NCBI RefSeq assembly: GCF_009834535.1
Contig: NC_045697.1
Location: 49,850,001-49,914,000, forward strand
Source: Camelus ferus
Lineage: Eukaryota
Reading direction: 5' to 3'
DNA length: 64,000 nt
Position 1 is the first letter of the stretch. The number at the start of each line of letters is the position of its first letter. The position numbers and the translations under genes were made by a program. The notes beneath the pieces are model-generated. The model ran no database searches and was not told the DNA's origin. It saw nothing but the letters and a program-made list of their open reading frames with translations. Shown here piece by piece: positions 26,246 to 37,974 of this stretch.

Positions 26246-27351
26246 GAATACGCACATCATGTTAAAGTGTCATTTAGTATTTTATCTATTGTGAAGGGCA
26301 AAAGTACATTTACAATGAAAAAGTATGGCAGACTCTTTAACCAAGCAACCAGACTTAGCATCATGAGTAACAGGGCATTTTCTCTCTCCTAATGTGATGT
26401 AATGGGGATCACACAACAGCACTTACATAATGTCGTCAAAATCTTGCCAAAAAATATTTAACCTGCATCGAATCATAGGGAAATGATCAGGCAAATCCAG
26501 GTTGTGGAACACTTTACAGAACAACTGACTGGGACTCTTAAAACATGCTAATATGATAAAAGACCAAAAAAAGTTTGGGAAGAGGGAGGTAGATGACGTA
26601 GAGAAGTGTTCCACGTGAAAAGAAACGAGAAAGACATGATAACAAAATGCAACGTGCCCTCCTTGATTGGGCCCTGGGTTAAAAAAAAAATTGAAAAACA
26701 GCTTTAAAGACTTTATCAGATCAATTGGAAAAGTTTGAACATGAACTGTATGTTTGATAATATTGTGTCAAGGTTAAATACTTTGAGTACAATAAAGATA
26801 TTATGCTTATATAGGAGAATGTTCTTATTGTTGAGAGATAAGTGATGAAATATTTAGGATTAATGTATCATGCTGTCTGCAATTTATTTTCAAATGGTAT
26901 TACACCCTCCCCCCTCCCCGAGAAAGTGAGGTAAAACAAATGTGACAAAATATTTAAAATTGGTGAATCTAGAGGAAAGGTATATGGATGATCCTTATTC
27001 GCTTCCTTCAAATTTTCTGTAGGTTTGAAAAATTTCAAAGTAACACATTCAGGTATTATCTGGAGCTTTAATATCTGAATATCTGAATTCAAGATATCTG
27101 AAACCAGGTGGTTTCAATAAATTATCAAGGCGCAATATTAGTATCCTGTCAAAACTGTTCCCGTGTCTGCCAGAGTGTTCTGACAAGTATTGTATTACAT
27201 GCCCATACCCCCAAAGAGGAAAGTGTAGCAAATGAATTAGTTAATGTCTGCCTGAATGCTCAGAGGACACTCTGTTATGGCTGGTTTGCAAATGCCTGGA
27301 TTAGAGGGTTTAGACAAGAAAACCCCCACAAAAATGAAACTTCATAAGCTT

Positions 27352-27399
27352 AGCCTAGTAATATTATTGATAGTCAGCCTAGTAATATTATTGATAGTC
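27352..27399. repeat. Perfect 24-bp tandem duplication
   Basis: agcctagtaatattattgatagtc x2 (27352-27375, 27376-27399). Confidence 0.95.
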
Positions 27400-28659
27400 C
27401 CAACTGCCAAAAGCCTAACCCTAATGAGATGTTGGGGAGGCGGTGCTGGTGACAGTAGCTAATGTACAGGGTCCTATTTATGTCAGAGGGACAGTTTCAT
27501 TTCAGGGAGTCACATGAACATACTTATGACAGAAAGGAAGACAGAAAAGTAGGAAGTTAATCAATTGGAATAATATCACTTACAAGAGAGCAATTATTTT
27601 ATACTTAGCTGAGATTTATAGTCTTTCTGTGATCTAGATTCTGAGCAAAGGAAGTTTAAAGAGGTGGGTTGTTTTTGCTTGTGCATTGAGAAAGATTTTA
27701 TTTGGAATTGCAACTTTACATACCCCATGAGATCCAGTAAAGAAAACATGAAGAAATGTAAAATTAGTGAATGTTTTCCATGTGGACCATTATAATCTTA
27801 CATAATCAACTGTCATATACAAAAGTTTCACGAGATCTGATGTAATCTAGGTAAGTATCACGTACTGTGCTCTCTCTGATTCATCGTGGGAAATCTGGCT
27901 GGGCCTAAGGGAGTAAGACGAGCTGTATATGATGGCCAGACGCTGGCTCTGGATTGGCGGGAAAAGAGATGGTCTGTGTGCTTCTCTTCTGGTCTCTCAA
28001 GTTTGTCCTTACCAAATTCGTGGGCTTAAACCTTCTGATGAATTTCTCTCTGCAGGTCCAGGCTGCCCTTGTTCTGAGGGAATTCTGATAGTACAGTGAG
28101 TCTGGTGAGGCTTGACATAACCCTGGTCAGCCAAGTTACCATCCGGAGATTTGACCTCAACTCGAGGGCTCCCAAGTGCCACGCTTGTTTGGGGCCCAGC
28201 AGTCTTGGGGCTCTAGTGTACCTGGAGAAAGTCTTGGTGAAGCAGAATGTTTTGACACGGCTCTCTTCAAAGTGGCTCAACGTGAAAAACATAATACTGC
28301 TTTTATTTTTTAATGACCAAGTGATGTGTGCCGTGGCGTCCCCAGTCCCCACCCCTCACCACTCTTGACTCTGCCCTTGGCCTTGTGTTTTACTCGTCCA
28401 GGGTCTGTGGTGGAAGGAGGCTATCTCTTGCCCAAATTTTTTGTCATTTTTGTTAAGACTAAAAATTTATTTTAAATTATGGAAGATATTTAATTTAGAA
28501 TGGTTGATAAAGGTATTTGTACTTCACAGAAATGTGGTAGGACTCCAGGCAGCAAATCTACATTTCTTTTTGGAAAAAAGCTTTTTTGAGGTATAATTGA
28601 CACATAATAAACTGCACATAATTGAAGTGTCTAATACGACATTTTAAAATTCATTCTTC

Positions 28660-31600
28660 TATAAAATTTTATTGTGGTAAGGACAGTTAACATGAGATCT
28701 ACCCTCTTAAATATTGAAGTGTACAGTACAGTACTGTTGGCTATAGGTACAATGCTGGACAGCAGACCTCTAGAACTTACTCACCTTAATTAACTGGAAC
28801 CCTATGCCTGTTGACAAGTAACCCTACATCTCCCTCCCTGCAGCCCCTGGCAACCATCATCTTACTCTTTAATTCTATGAACTTGGCTATTTTGGATAAT
28901 ACTTCCAATGAATGGAATCATGCAGTATCTGTCTTTCTGTGACTAGCTTATTTCACTTAGTACAATGTCCTCAAGATTCATCAATGTCACATATTTTTTT
29001 TAAGGCTGAATAATACTCTCTTGTATGTATATACCACATTTTCTCTATTCATTTGTTGGAAGACGTTCACATTTCTACTTTTTGGCTATAGTCAATAGTT
29101 CTGTGATGAACATGGAGCGCTAATAATTCTTTCAGATCCTGATTTCAGTGTTTTTGGCTAAATACCCCAAAGTGGGATTGCTTGATCTTATAGTAATTCT
29201 ATTTTTAATTCTCTGAGGTACTGCCATACTATTTTCCATAGAGTTGCACCATTTTGCATTCCTAAAAGTGAACAGGGTTCTAGTTTCCCCACATCCTTGC
29301 AGACACTTTGTCTTTTTTTTTTTTTGATAGTAGACATCCAGACAGGTATGACATGATATTTCATGGTTTTGATTTGCATTTCCCTCATAATTAGTGATGT
29401 TGAGCATTTTTCTCATATACCTGTTGGCTATTTGTATGCCTTCTTTGGAGAAATGTCTATTCAAGTCCTTAACTCATTTTAAAATCAAGTTGTTATTATT
29501 ATTATTATTATTATTATTTGCTATTGTTATGGGCATTCCTTATGTATTTTAGAGATTATTATCTTATCAGAAACATTGTTTGTAAAAATCTTCTCCATCC
29601 TGTAGATTGCCTTTTTACTCAGTTGATTGACTTCTTGATGTGCAGATGCTTTTTGGCTTGATGTAGTCCTATTTATTTATGCTTTTGTTGTCTGTGCTTT
29701 TGGTCTCATATCTATGAACTCATTACCAAGGCCAATGTCATGAAGATTTCTCTCTAAGTTTTCTTCTAGGAAGTTTTATAGTTTCAATTTTCATGTTTAA
29801 ATCTCTAATCCCTTTTGAGTTGATTTTTGTGTAAAACGTAAGATAAAGGTCCAGTTTCATTCTTTTGCATGTGGATATTCAGTTTTCCCAACACTGTTTG
29901 TTAAAGAGACTGTCATTTACCCACTGTGTATTCTTGGCACCTTTTTCAAAAATCAGTTGACCATATATGCATGGATTTATTTCTGGACTCTCTATTCTGT
30001 TCCATTGGTCTATATGACTGCCTTTATGCCAGTACCATACTGTTTTAATGACTGTAACTTTGTAATATATTTTGAAATCAGAATCTGTGATGCTTCCAGC
30101 TTTGTTGTTCTTTCTCAGGACTGCTTTGGCTATTTGTGGTTCCAAATGAAATTTAGAATAGTTTTTTCTATTTAAAAAAAATGCCATTGGGATTTTGATA
30201 TAGATTGCATTGACTCTGTATGTTGCTTTTGTTAGTATATATATTTTAGCAATATTAATTCCAACCATGAACATGGGGTGTCTTTTGATTTGCTTGTCTC
30301 TTCTTTAATTAATTCCATCAGTGTTTTGTAGTTTTCAGTAGATAAGTCTTTTATCTCCTTAGTTAACTTTATTCCTAAGCATTTTATTTTTTTGGTGCTA
30401 TTGTAAATGAGATTGCTTTCTAATTTCCTTTTCAGATAATTTGTTGATAGTGCACAGAAATGCAACTGATTACTTTATGTTGATTTCACATCTTGAAACT
30501 TAACTGAATTTGTTTATTAGTTCTAACAGTTTATTTTCTTTTATGAAGTCTTTAGGATTTTCTTCATGTAAGATCCTGTTGTCTGCAAATAGGGACAATT
30601 TGACTTCTTCCTTTCTGATTTGCATATCTTTTATTTCTTTTTCTTCCCTAATTTTTCTGGCTAGGACTTCAGTACTATGTTAAATAAAAGTGACACATGT
30701 GGGCATCCTTGCTTTGTTCCTGATCTTACAGGAAAAGCTTTATGTTTTTCACCAATGACTATGATGTATTCTGTGGGCTTTTCATATATGGGTTTTTTTT
30801 TTTTTTTGAGGTGATTTACTTCTAATCTCAGTTTGTTGAGTTTTTTTTTTTTTTTTTTTATCATGAAAGGGCATTGAATTTTGTCAAATACTTTTGCTGC
30901 ATCTGTTTGGAAAATCATAAGATTTTTATCTCTTATTCTCTGTCAGATAAATAATATAACTCCTATTTCATTAGGGTCAGTGTGTTTGGAGATTTACCTT
31001 GTTCCTTATTTGGAACATCTTTGCCTGCATCTTCATTTTCTTTGACTCTTTGTTGGTGTCTGTGCATTAGACAAAGGGGCTGCCTCTCTTAGTGTTCATG
31101 GACTGACTTCATATGAAAGAAGACCGCCACCAATCAGCCTGGCCAGAGATTCTGGAGGTCTCTCAAACCTTCCTAATGGTTGAAACCATTTTCTGTGTTC
31201 TCTGCAGTCCCCCAGGTGTCTAGGGTATATCTAGTCTCATCTGGGCATTGGGACAAATGGGACCCAAGCCTGTTCCTCAGGTAGCATCCAGAAAAGCTGG
31301 CTTATTGGATGCTCTGTCCAACTCTTTTCCTATCCAGGGAAAAGATGGGAGCTAGAGTTTTTCTCCACCTGTTCTGGGCTGAGCTGGGAGTGCTGTGACA
31401 ATTGCCTGCCTAAATCTCCATCTCTGTTCTCACTAGCACCCAAGGGGCTAGAGTATGCCAGGTCTCATCAGCATTTTGAGACAAACAAGTCAGAAGCTTG
31501 TCCTTTGTTTGGGCAGCTCCTGGAAAAGTTGTTGCATTGGATGCTTGGGCCAGCTCTTTATCTCCTCATGGAGAAGCCAGCATCTGTGCTTTTTGTCTGC

Positions 31601-32049
31601 TTGCTCTTTGCTGAGCCAAGGGAAAGAGCTATGGAATTTACCAGCCCAAGCTACCATCTCCATTCTTCTCCAGCTGGCTAAACTGTGCTGGAATCATCAG
31701 AGTTCTAAAACTGGCAAGACAGGAGGCAGTCCTTTGGGGAGCACCTTCAGAAAATTTGAGGTGCTGAACATTTAAACCAACTCTTCCCCTCCCTAGAAGA
31801 AGCTGGAACTAGGGGATCTCTTCCTGACCTCTCCCTGTGCCGGCAGGGATTCTGTTGTGTGGATGTCCCACATCTCCTTACCAGCTTTAGTGAGTCTGGT
31901 TTCACATTCACCCCGGGTGCAGGATTCTTTCAATTAGTTTCTGGATTTCTCAAAAAGGGAATTATGTGTGAATTGGTGCTGAATCAGTGTGTTTGTGGGA
32001 AGAGAGAGGGTCCAGGTTATCCTACTCTGCCATTATGCTGATGTCACTT
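28660..32049 (-). mobile_element. L1MA-type element retaining 5'UTR and 3' end, with a large internal deletion; ORF2 pseudogenised
   Basis: ORF-track peptides [34 protein letters not shown] (29879-30274) and DAAKVFDKIQ...GTKQGCP (30661-30918) are L1 ORF2. The minus strand from 32049 reads AAGTGACATCAGCATAATGGCAGAGTAGG, an L1 5'-terminus/YY1-like motif. Confidence 0.85.
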
Positions 32050-33234
32050 TAAAGACTGAAATTTTAATGGCTTGTTTTATAGGCCATGTTAAAATGACAT
32101 TTCATCCAAAGACCGTATCAAAATTTGGGCCCAGTTTTAGGTTTCCATGGAGCTCTTGATAGCATTTTTTTCTTCTTCTTATAAATTGGGACTGGGCTGG
32201 AGGATTGACTTTTCTCATTGACTCTTCACCCAACATTTCTTTTCTATCTGTTACATAATCCTCTCTGGCACCAGTACTCAACCTTGAACTCCATATAAGC
32301 CCCGCCCCGGTCCTTCCTGGTATTAGTTCCCATAGCCTGTATTTACCCCTGCCCATGCCCTCTGATGGGACCCTGCCATGTCTGGGCAGACTTGCTGGGG
32401 CCTCCCTGTAATAAAAAGTACTGTATCTTGTTAGATTTTCTGGTGCTGAGTCTTGTCTGCTGGCTTCAACCTCTCAGTAATGCCTTTTGCTTGCTTGGTG
32501 CTGGAGTTTTGTCAGTCTGCTTGGTTGGAGTTGATCTCTGAGGCCAGGAGAGTTCTCCTCAGCCCTGTACCTTCAGCATGGCTTCTTCCCAGTCCTGATT
32601 GCCTCCAAGTTGAGATACTGACTTGGAGGAATCCACATGTTGGTGTTAGATTAAATATCGAGACTGCAGAAGTCTTTGAAATCCACTGGGAAAAACAATG
32701 TATGCTGAAGGAGAACTGAGGAAACTTGTGATGGTTTGATCAACTTCACTCACTCCCTCAGTTTATAATGATTGACTTCCTCAGGAATAATAAAAGGAAG
32801 GAAAAATAAGGTAAAGGCAGGAAGAGAATAGAGCAAAGAGGAAGAAGATATAGGAATGCAACATCTATGGATGTTTCGAAGTTATTGACCCATGAAGTGG
32901 AATTAAAACTTTAAAAAATGGTGTATTAACAGGACACCATATTGCCTATTCCCAACTCAAGCACTTAACAGCAAGACCTGATAAAGCCTGGGAAGCTGGA
33001 GCCAAAGTTGGAGGCAGAGGCCACCCACAGTCACTTGGGACTCCTTTTCCTTTATCTCTAGAAGGATGGATACTTCAGGTGAAATCCACTTCTTCCATCT
33101 TGGTCCTTCAAGGACCAAATATAAAAATAAATACATGGGGAGACACTCTGGCTTCCAGGAGAAAGGGGTTTTAAATAGTGTAACAGTCTATAGCAATAGA
33201 AACTAGCTTGGGCTAATTCCAGAAGAAAGAGGCC

Positions 33235-34260
33235 TTACTATTAGGAAATGCAGATGGCCTTAAACAAATGAAAAGATGATAAACCTCCCTCACAATAAGA
33301 TAAATGAAATTTAAAACTACACTAAGACTTCATTTTTCACCTATCAGGATGGCAAAAGTCCAAAAATTGGATAACATACTCTGTTAGCAAGGCTCTGGAG
33401 GAATAGGCACCCCTAGACATTGCTGGTAGGGGTACAAAATGATAAACTTCTCTGGAGGTCAATTTGGTGATATTTATCTAAATTACAAATGCACTTATCT
33501 TTTGACCCAGTAGTCCTGTTTCTGGGAATTTCTTCTAAAGACATATCTATATTCGTAAAAAATGACATATATAGCGCTGTTTACAATAGCTAAAAATTGG
33601 GAACAAGCCAAATGAACATCAATAGATACTGGTTAAAATAAACTGTGGTGCATCCACGCAATGGAATTCCGTGTCACTGTAAAAGAGGATGAGAAGGCGC
33701 TCTGTGTACCCATGTGGATATTTTGTTAAGTAAAAAAAGGAAGTTGTAAGAGAATGCATAGAGACACATAGTATGTGGATAGCACTGCTACCATTTGTGC
33801 AAGAAAAGGAATTGAAAATAATATTTGTGTTCATTATGCTTGCAAAAAGAAAAGCTGGGAGGATACCTAAAATTTTTTAAAAAATTCTTGTTTTCTTATT
33901 GAAGTGCAGTCTCTTTACAATGTTAGTTTCAGGTGTACAGGAAGGTGATTGTACAGTAATACATACATGTATTTTTTTTTCAGATTCTTTTCCATTACAG
34001 CTCATTATGAGAAATTGAATATAGTTCCCTGTGCTATACAGTGGGTCCTTGTTGTTTATCTGTTTTATATATAGTAGTGTGTATTTGTTAATCCCAAACT
34101 CCTAAGGTATCCCTCCCCCTACACAAACTTTTAAGAGTGGTTACCTGAAGGTCTGAGGGCCGATGGGGTGCAAAGGGAGAAGGAAACTTCTTTAGCATCT
34201 CTTATTGTTGTGCTTTGAGCTTAGAACAATGTGAATGAATTTAAAACATTAAATAAAGAG
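33235..34260 (+). mobile_element. Old L1ME-like 3' region, interrupted by a younger L1
   Basis: aaacaaatgaaaagatg...aaaactacactaagac...ttttgacccagtagtcctgtttctgggaattt; resumes after 34120 with aagagtggttacctg. Confidence 0.75.
33885..34120 (-). mobile_element. Lineage-specific L1 3' end
   Basis: attgaagtgcagtctctttacaatgttagtttcaggtgtacag...gaatatagttccctgtgctatacagt...aatcccaaactcc. Confidence 0.9.
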
Positions 34261-35410
34261 AGGTTATACTTTCCGAAAAAGCCTGGATAACCAGGCTTGG
34301 AGACTACTCACTGGAAAACAACGGACCAAATCACCCTCCCAGCTCCATGAAATAAGCCAGGCACAATCCACTCTGAGATGGCAACAGTGGTGGCCACGAT
34401 GACACCCAGTTTTCAGGGGCATGGAGGCTGTGGTTCTAGTGGAAGCCTCCAGGGTCCACTGTTCAGTGTCAGTATCAGGGATGTGTGAAGTACGTGCCAC
34501 CTGTCTATTTTCAGCCCTGGAATTCGCTGAGCCACACAAACGGGGGATGCCCTGTGCCAAGATACCGCTCCCCTTTGGTGCTACAGGTGATACTGGGATG
34601 GAGCCCTTGAGCTAGTTGTCTGTAGCAACCAACAACCTCAACTATCTGTTCTGCTGTGTACTACAACATAGTGTATTTTTCCACTTACACTCTTTTAAAG
34701 GAGTTTGAGAAGTGATGGATTAGAGAACAAGCTTTAGAAGAAAATGTCCGCCCCCCGCAGCTTGCCTCCAGTGAGGAGGCAAAGCATTCAAATTTGTTAA
34801 ATAAAGGATATTTGCTTGTTCTGTTGTGCTTGGAGTGGATTTGCTGCTGTTGATGTTCGAGTACTCAGTGCTCTGCACCGGAGGCTGGTTTCCAAGGAAA
34901 TAAAGGCTCCATTAAAACTGCTTTCCACCCAAGCGTTAGATTGCTTATCAGAGAGCTCACAATTAGTGAAAGTCTCCACCATCTACAGGGGAACTTTAGG
35001 AAGGGTGATATTTATGTCTATATTCTCTCACTTTAAGGAATATTCAGAAAATATATGTTTTGAGGCTGGGGGATGGGGAAAGCCAGGGAGAGGGTAACAT
35101 GCCTCAGAGTGCTTCTTTAGGTGCCTTGATGTTGCCCATATAGGCCAGCCTCCTGGGGTACTAAGTGGGGTGGAGAGGGTGGGTATTTGATCGTGGCGGG
35201 GGCTACCTAGCACAACCTCTAAAAACACAGGACAGGGTTAGTTGCATACAGTTGTGTTGGCTTATTGAGTAAGGTATGCTATCATTAACAAAATCTTCAT
35301 TTGGCAACTTTGACTTTTATTCTCTGCTCACTCACTAATAGTGTCAAGGGATAGAGAGAGAGCAGAAGTGGAGTCCTCTGCCCTGACTCCAAGCCTATTT
35401 CCATGTTCTT

Positions 35411-35520
35411 TTTTAAAAATTGAAGTATAGTTGATTTACAATATTTCAGGTGTACAGCAAAGTGATTCAGTTATACATATATAAATTTATCTATTCTTTT
35501 TCAGATTCTTTTCCATTATA
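35411..35520 (-). mobile_element. ~110-bp L1 3' end with TSD
   Basis: ttgaagtatagttgatttacaat...cagattcttttccattata. TSD atttccatgttctt (35397-35410) / attttcatgttctt (35523-35536). Confidence 0.9.
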
Positions 35521-35559
35521 CCATTTTCATGTTCTTGATAGAGGTTTTCTGGATTCCAC

Positions 35560-35935
35560 TCATCTGTCCATCCATCCATCCATGTGTCCAACCATCCATC
35601 CATCTTTCCAAACCCTCATACAACAAGTGTGCTTTTTAAGCATTGGCACAAATTATTTTGTACCAGGTTCTATGCTAAGAAATGAAAATAAAGACAGGAA
35701 TATGATTACTTTCAGGAATCTCACAATCTTATGGGAAGACAGACATGCAAATAAGCTAACACAATGTGATAAGTGCTTAAGTATAGACGTATGTATAAAG
35801 ATCACAGAGAGAGAAAGGCCCAAGCCTTCATGTGTAGGAAAGGTAAGGCTGGAGCTTAGACTCGTACTAGAGTAGGTACTTCCTATGTGGCCCCTTTAAA
35901 TGGAAGAGAAAAAGGCACTCTGAGCAGAAACATAG
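35560..35935 (-). mobile_element. L2 3' region
   Basis: (CCAT)n-like tail, then taccaggttctatgctaag...caggaatctcacaatcttatgggaagacagaca...acaatgtgataagtgct. Confidence 0.6.
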
Positions 35936-36115
35936 ACAAGGACGCACCTTCCAGCTGGGCTCAGTCTTGAGCCAGACACTATTGGTGAGTGGAATTTTGG
36001 CCAATTTTACCTTGCTGGCTAGGAGCCTGTGTGTGTATCCTTCAGCCTTATGGAACAGTCCTGTCCCTCAGATGTGATTTTCCAGAGGCTACTACATCAG
36101 AGTCAGAGCTTCTCT

Positions 36116-36246
36116 CTTTTTTTTTTTTAAACAATATAACATTTTTTATTGATTTATAATCATTTTACAATGTTGTGTCAGAGTCCAGTGTAGAGCACAA
36201 TTTTTCAGTTGTACAGGAACATATATATATTCATTGTCACATTTTT
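36116..36246 (-). mobile_element. Young camelid-type L1 3' end (~130 bp) with TSD
   Basis: Poly-T then acattttttattgatttataatcattttacaatgttgtgtca...ccagtgtagagcacaatttttcagtt...ttcattgtcacattttt. Exact TSD gagcttctct (36106-36115 / 36247-36256). Confidence 0.9.
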
Positions 36247-37974
36247 GAGCTTCTCTTTCATTGGGACCCACCCAGAGAATCGGATGGGTAGGTGAGTGGG
36301 CGTGGTCTAGTTGTTACCAGCTCAATTCCCTCCCTTGCTTAAGAAGACATCTTTTGACCAAAACCAAGTATTAAAAATTTTTTGGAGCCAGGTAGTACTG
36401 GTCCGTGCTGTACTGTTATTCTCACTGCTTCACAGGTAGGCTGGCAGATAATAAATAGCTGAACTCACTCTCTTTTCCTGGTCTTCCCACTACTGATAAT
36501 ACAATAATGCACATTTACAAATTTCCTCCACAGTAACTGTGTGAGTGAATTCACATCTTAATATTTCTTCTCATTTACTCTTTGAAGACTTGGAGTAATA
36601 GCTTCTCTAGCACGAAGCAAATTTTTGATCTTTATTTTATTGTTTTATTGTCAATAAACCATCAAAAGGATGTAATCTAAGGGAACTTATTGACAGAGTC
36701 TTGTTGGAAATTTGTGCTATAGATTAAAATAAAAAAAAACCCAAGCCAAAAAACAGCCACTACAGCTATTTGTGGGTGACTGTAAGGAGGTGCAGTCTTC
36801 CACTATTTTATTCTGCAGGATGTTAGTGATTGAACACTGGAGAAGTGCTCAGCTTAACATAAATTAATAGCATCCTTCCTGATGGATTGGTCAGGGAACC
36901 AAAACACCATTTGGAATTGTTTGAGTCATTCTTACACATTTCACTATACTTGCAATAGTGAGAACCTGAGACCCACTTTTGAAGCTTGTTTTTGGCATTA
37001 TTAAGTTCATTTCTGATATAAGTTTTAACTCAGATGACTGGTTTCTTTCTACACAATGCCAATAATCATTTTAAAATTTTTTCTTTCTGTCTCATTTTTC
37101 TTCCAAACAGCTCAAAGGAAGCCAAATTAATTTTCCAGCCTAAAGTATAGGAAGGAGCTGGAAAATTGAGGACTGCAGGAATGCAGGAGGGGCAGGGGGG
37201 GCCAAGGGGCCAGAGATGTGAAGATTGTTACCACTGGCAGCAGTGGCAACAAACAGCTTCCTTATATGGGAAAGTTACAAAGACTCTTGAGATTCAGCTC
37301 TCTGTAAACTTACCCAAATTATGCTAGAATTCATTGCTTTCTCACTGTCCTGGCTTGATGCTAGTGTCATGTATGCGAAGGAAATCTGGGGAAAGCAAGA
37401 CAATAGTCAGCCAAAAAATGGATTCAAAGCTGGAACAACAGAATTTTTATTCTTATCTCAGAAGGAATAATTTCACATGGCATCCCTGGTGTGATTGGTG
37501 TTCATTCATAACTTTTGATGATCTATGAAGTTCAATGCTTTTTGCTTTTTCTTTAAAGAGAAGTTCCCTCCATACTTTACGACTCTCTCCAGTGTACAAG
37601 GCACCAGTCATTTACTGGTCAATTTCCTCATTAATTACAAACAGCATCTTACATTGACCAGGCGAGAAGTCCACATTGACTAAACTGACCGAATAACTGC
37701 AAAGATCCCACTTCTCTTGGGGCTGTTAGCAGATGTTTCTCGTTACTGGTGAGCGGTCGGCCATCTTCAGCACCATGACCTCCATATTGCCTTCACTTTT
37801 TGGCACATCACAGCCTTGCACAGATACCTGCTAACCTATCATAAATGAGTACAATTTGAGAAAAGTTAGTTGGGAAAGGAGAGTAAGTTGTTTTTTTTCT
37901 TTTTTTAACACCCTCCCTCCCCCAAATCTGTAATTTCTGATTTAGTTTGAAGTTGGCATCTTTTAGAAAAAATA

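Larger units (their letters stand above)
24860..27045 (+). mobile_element. Old L1MC4/5-like 3'UTR (outer layer of a nested L1 stack)
   Basis: 24860-25055 (ggattataac...ttagaaaatcattattttgccacc) resumes at ~26250 and runs to aaattggtgaatctag...ctgtaggtttgaaaaatttcaaa. Confidence 0.65.

Noticed and set aside
29132..30918. Reverse-transcriptase-like ORFs as a novel RT system
   Set aside because: They are ordinary fragmented LINE-1 ORF2 with stops and frameshifts.
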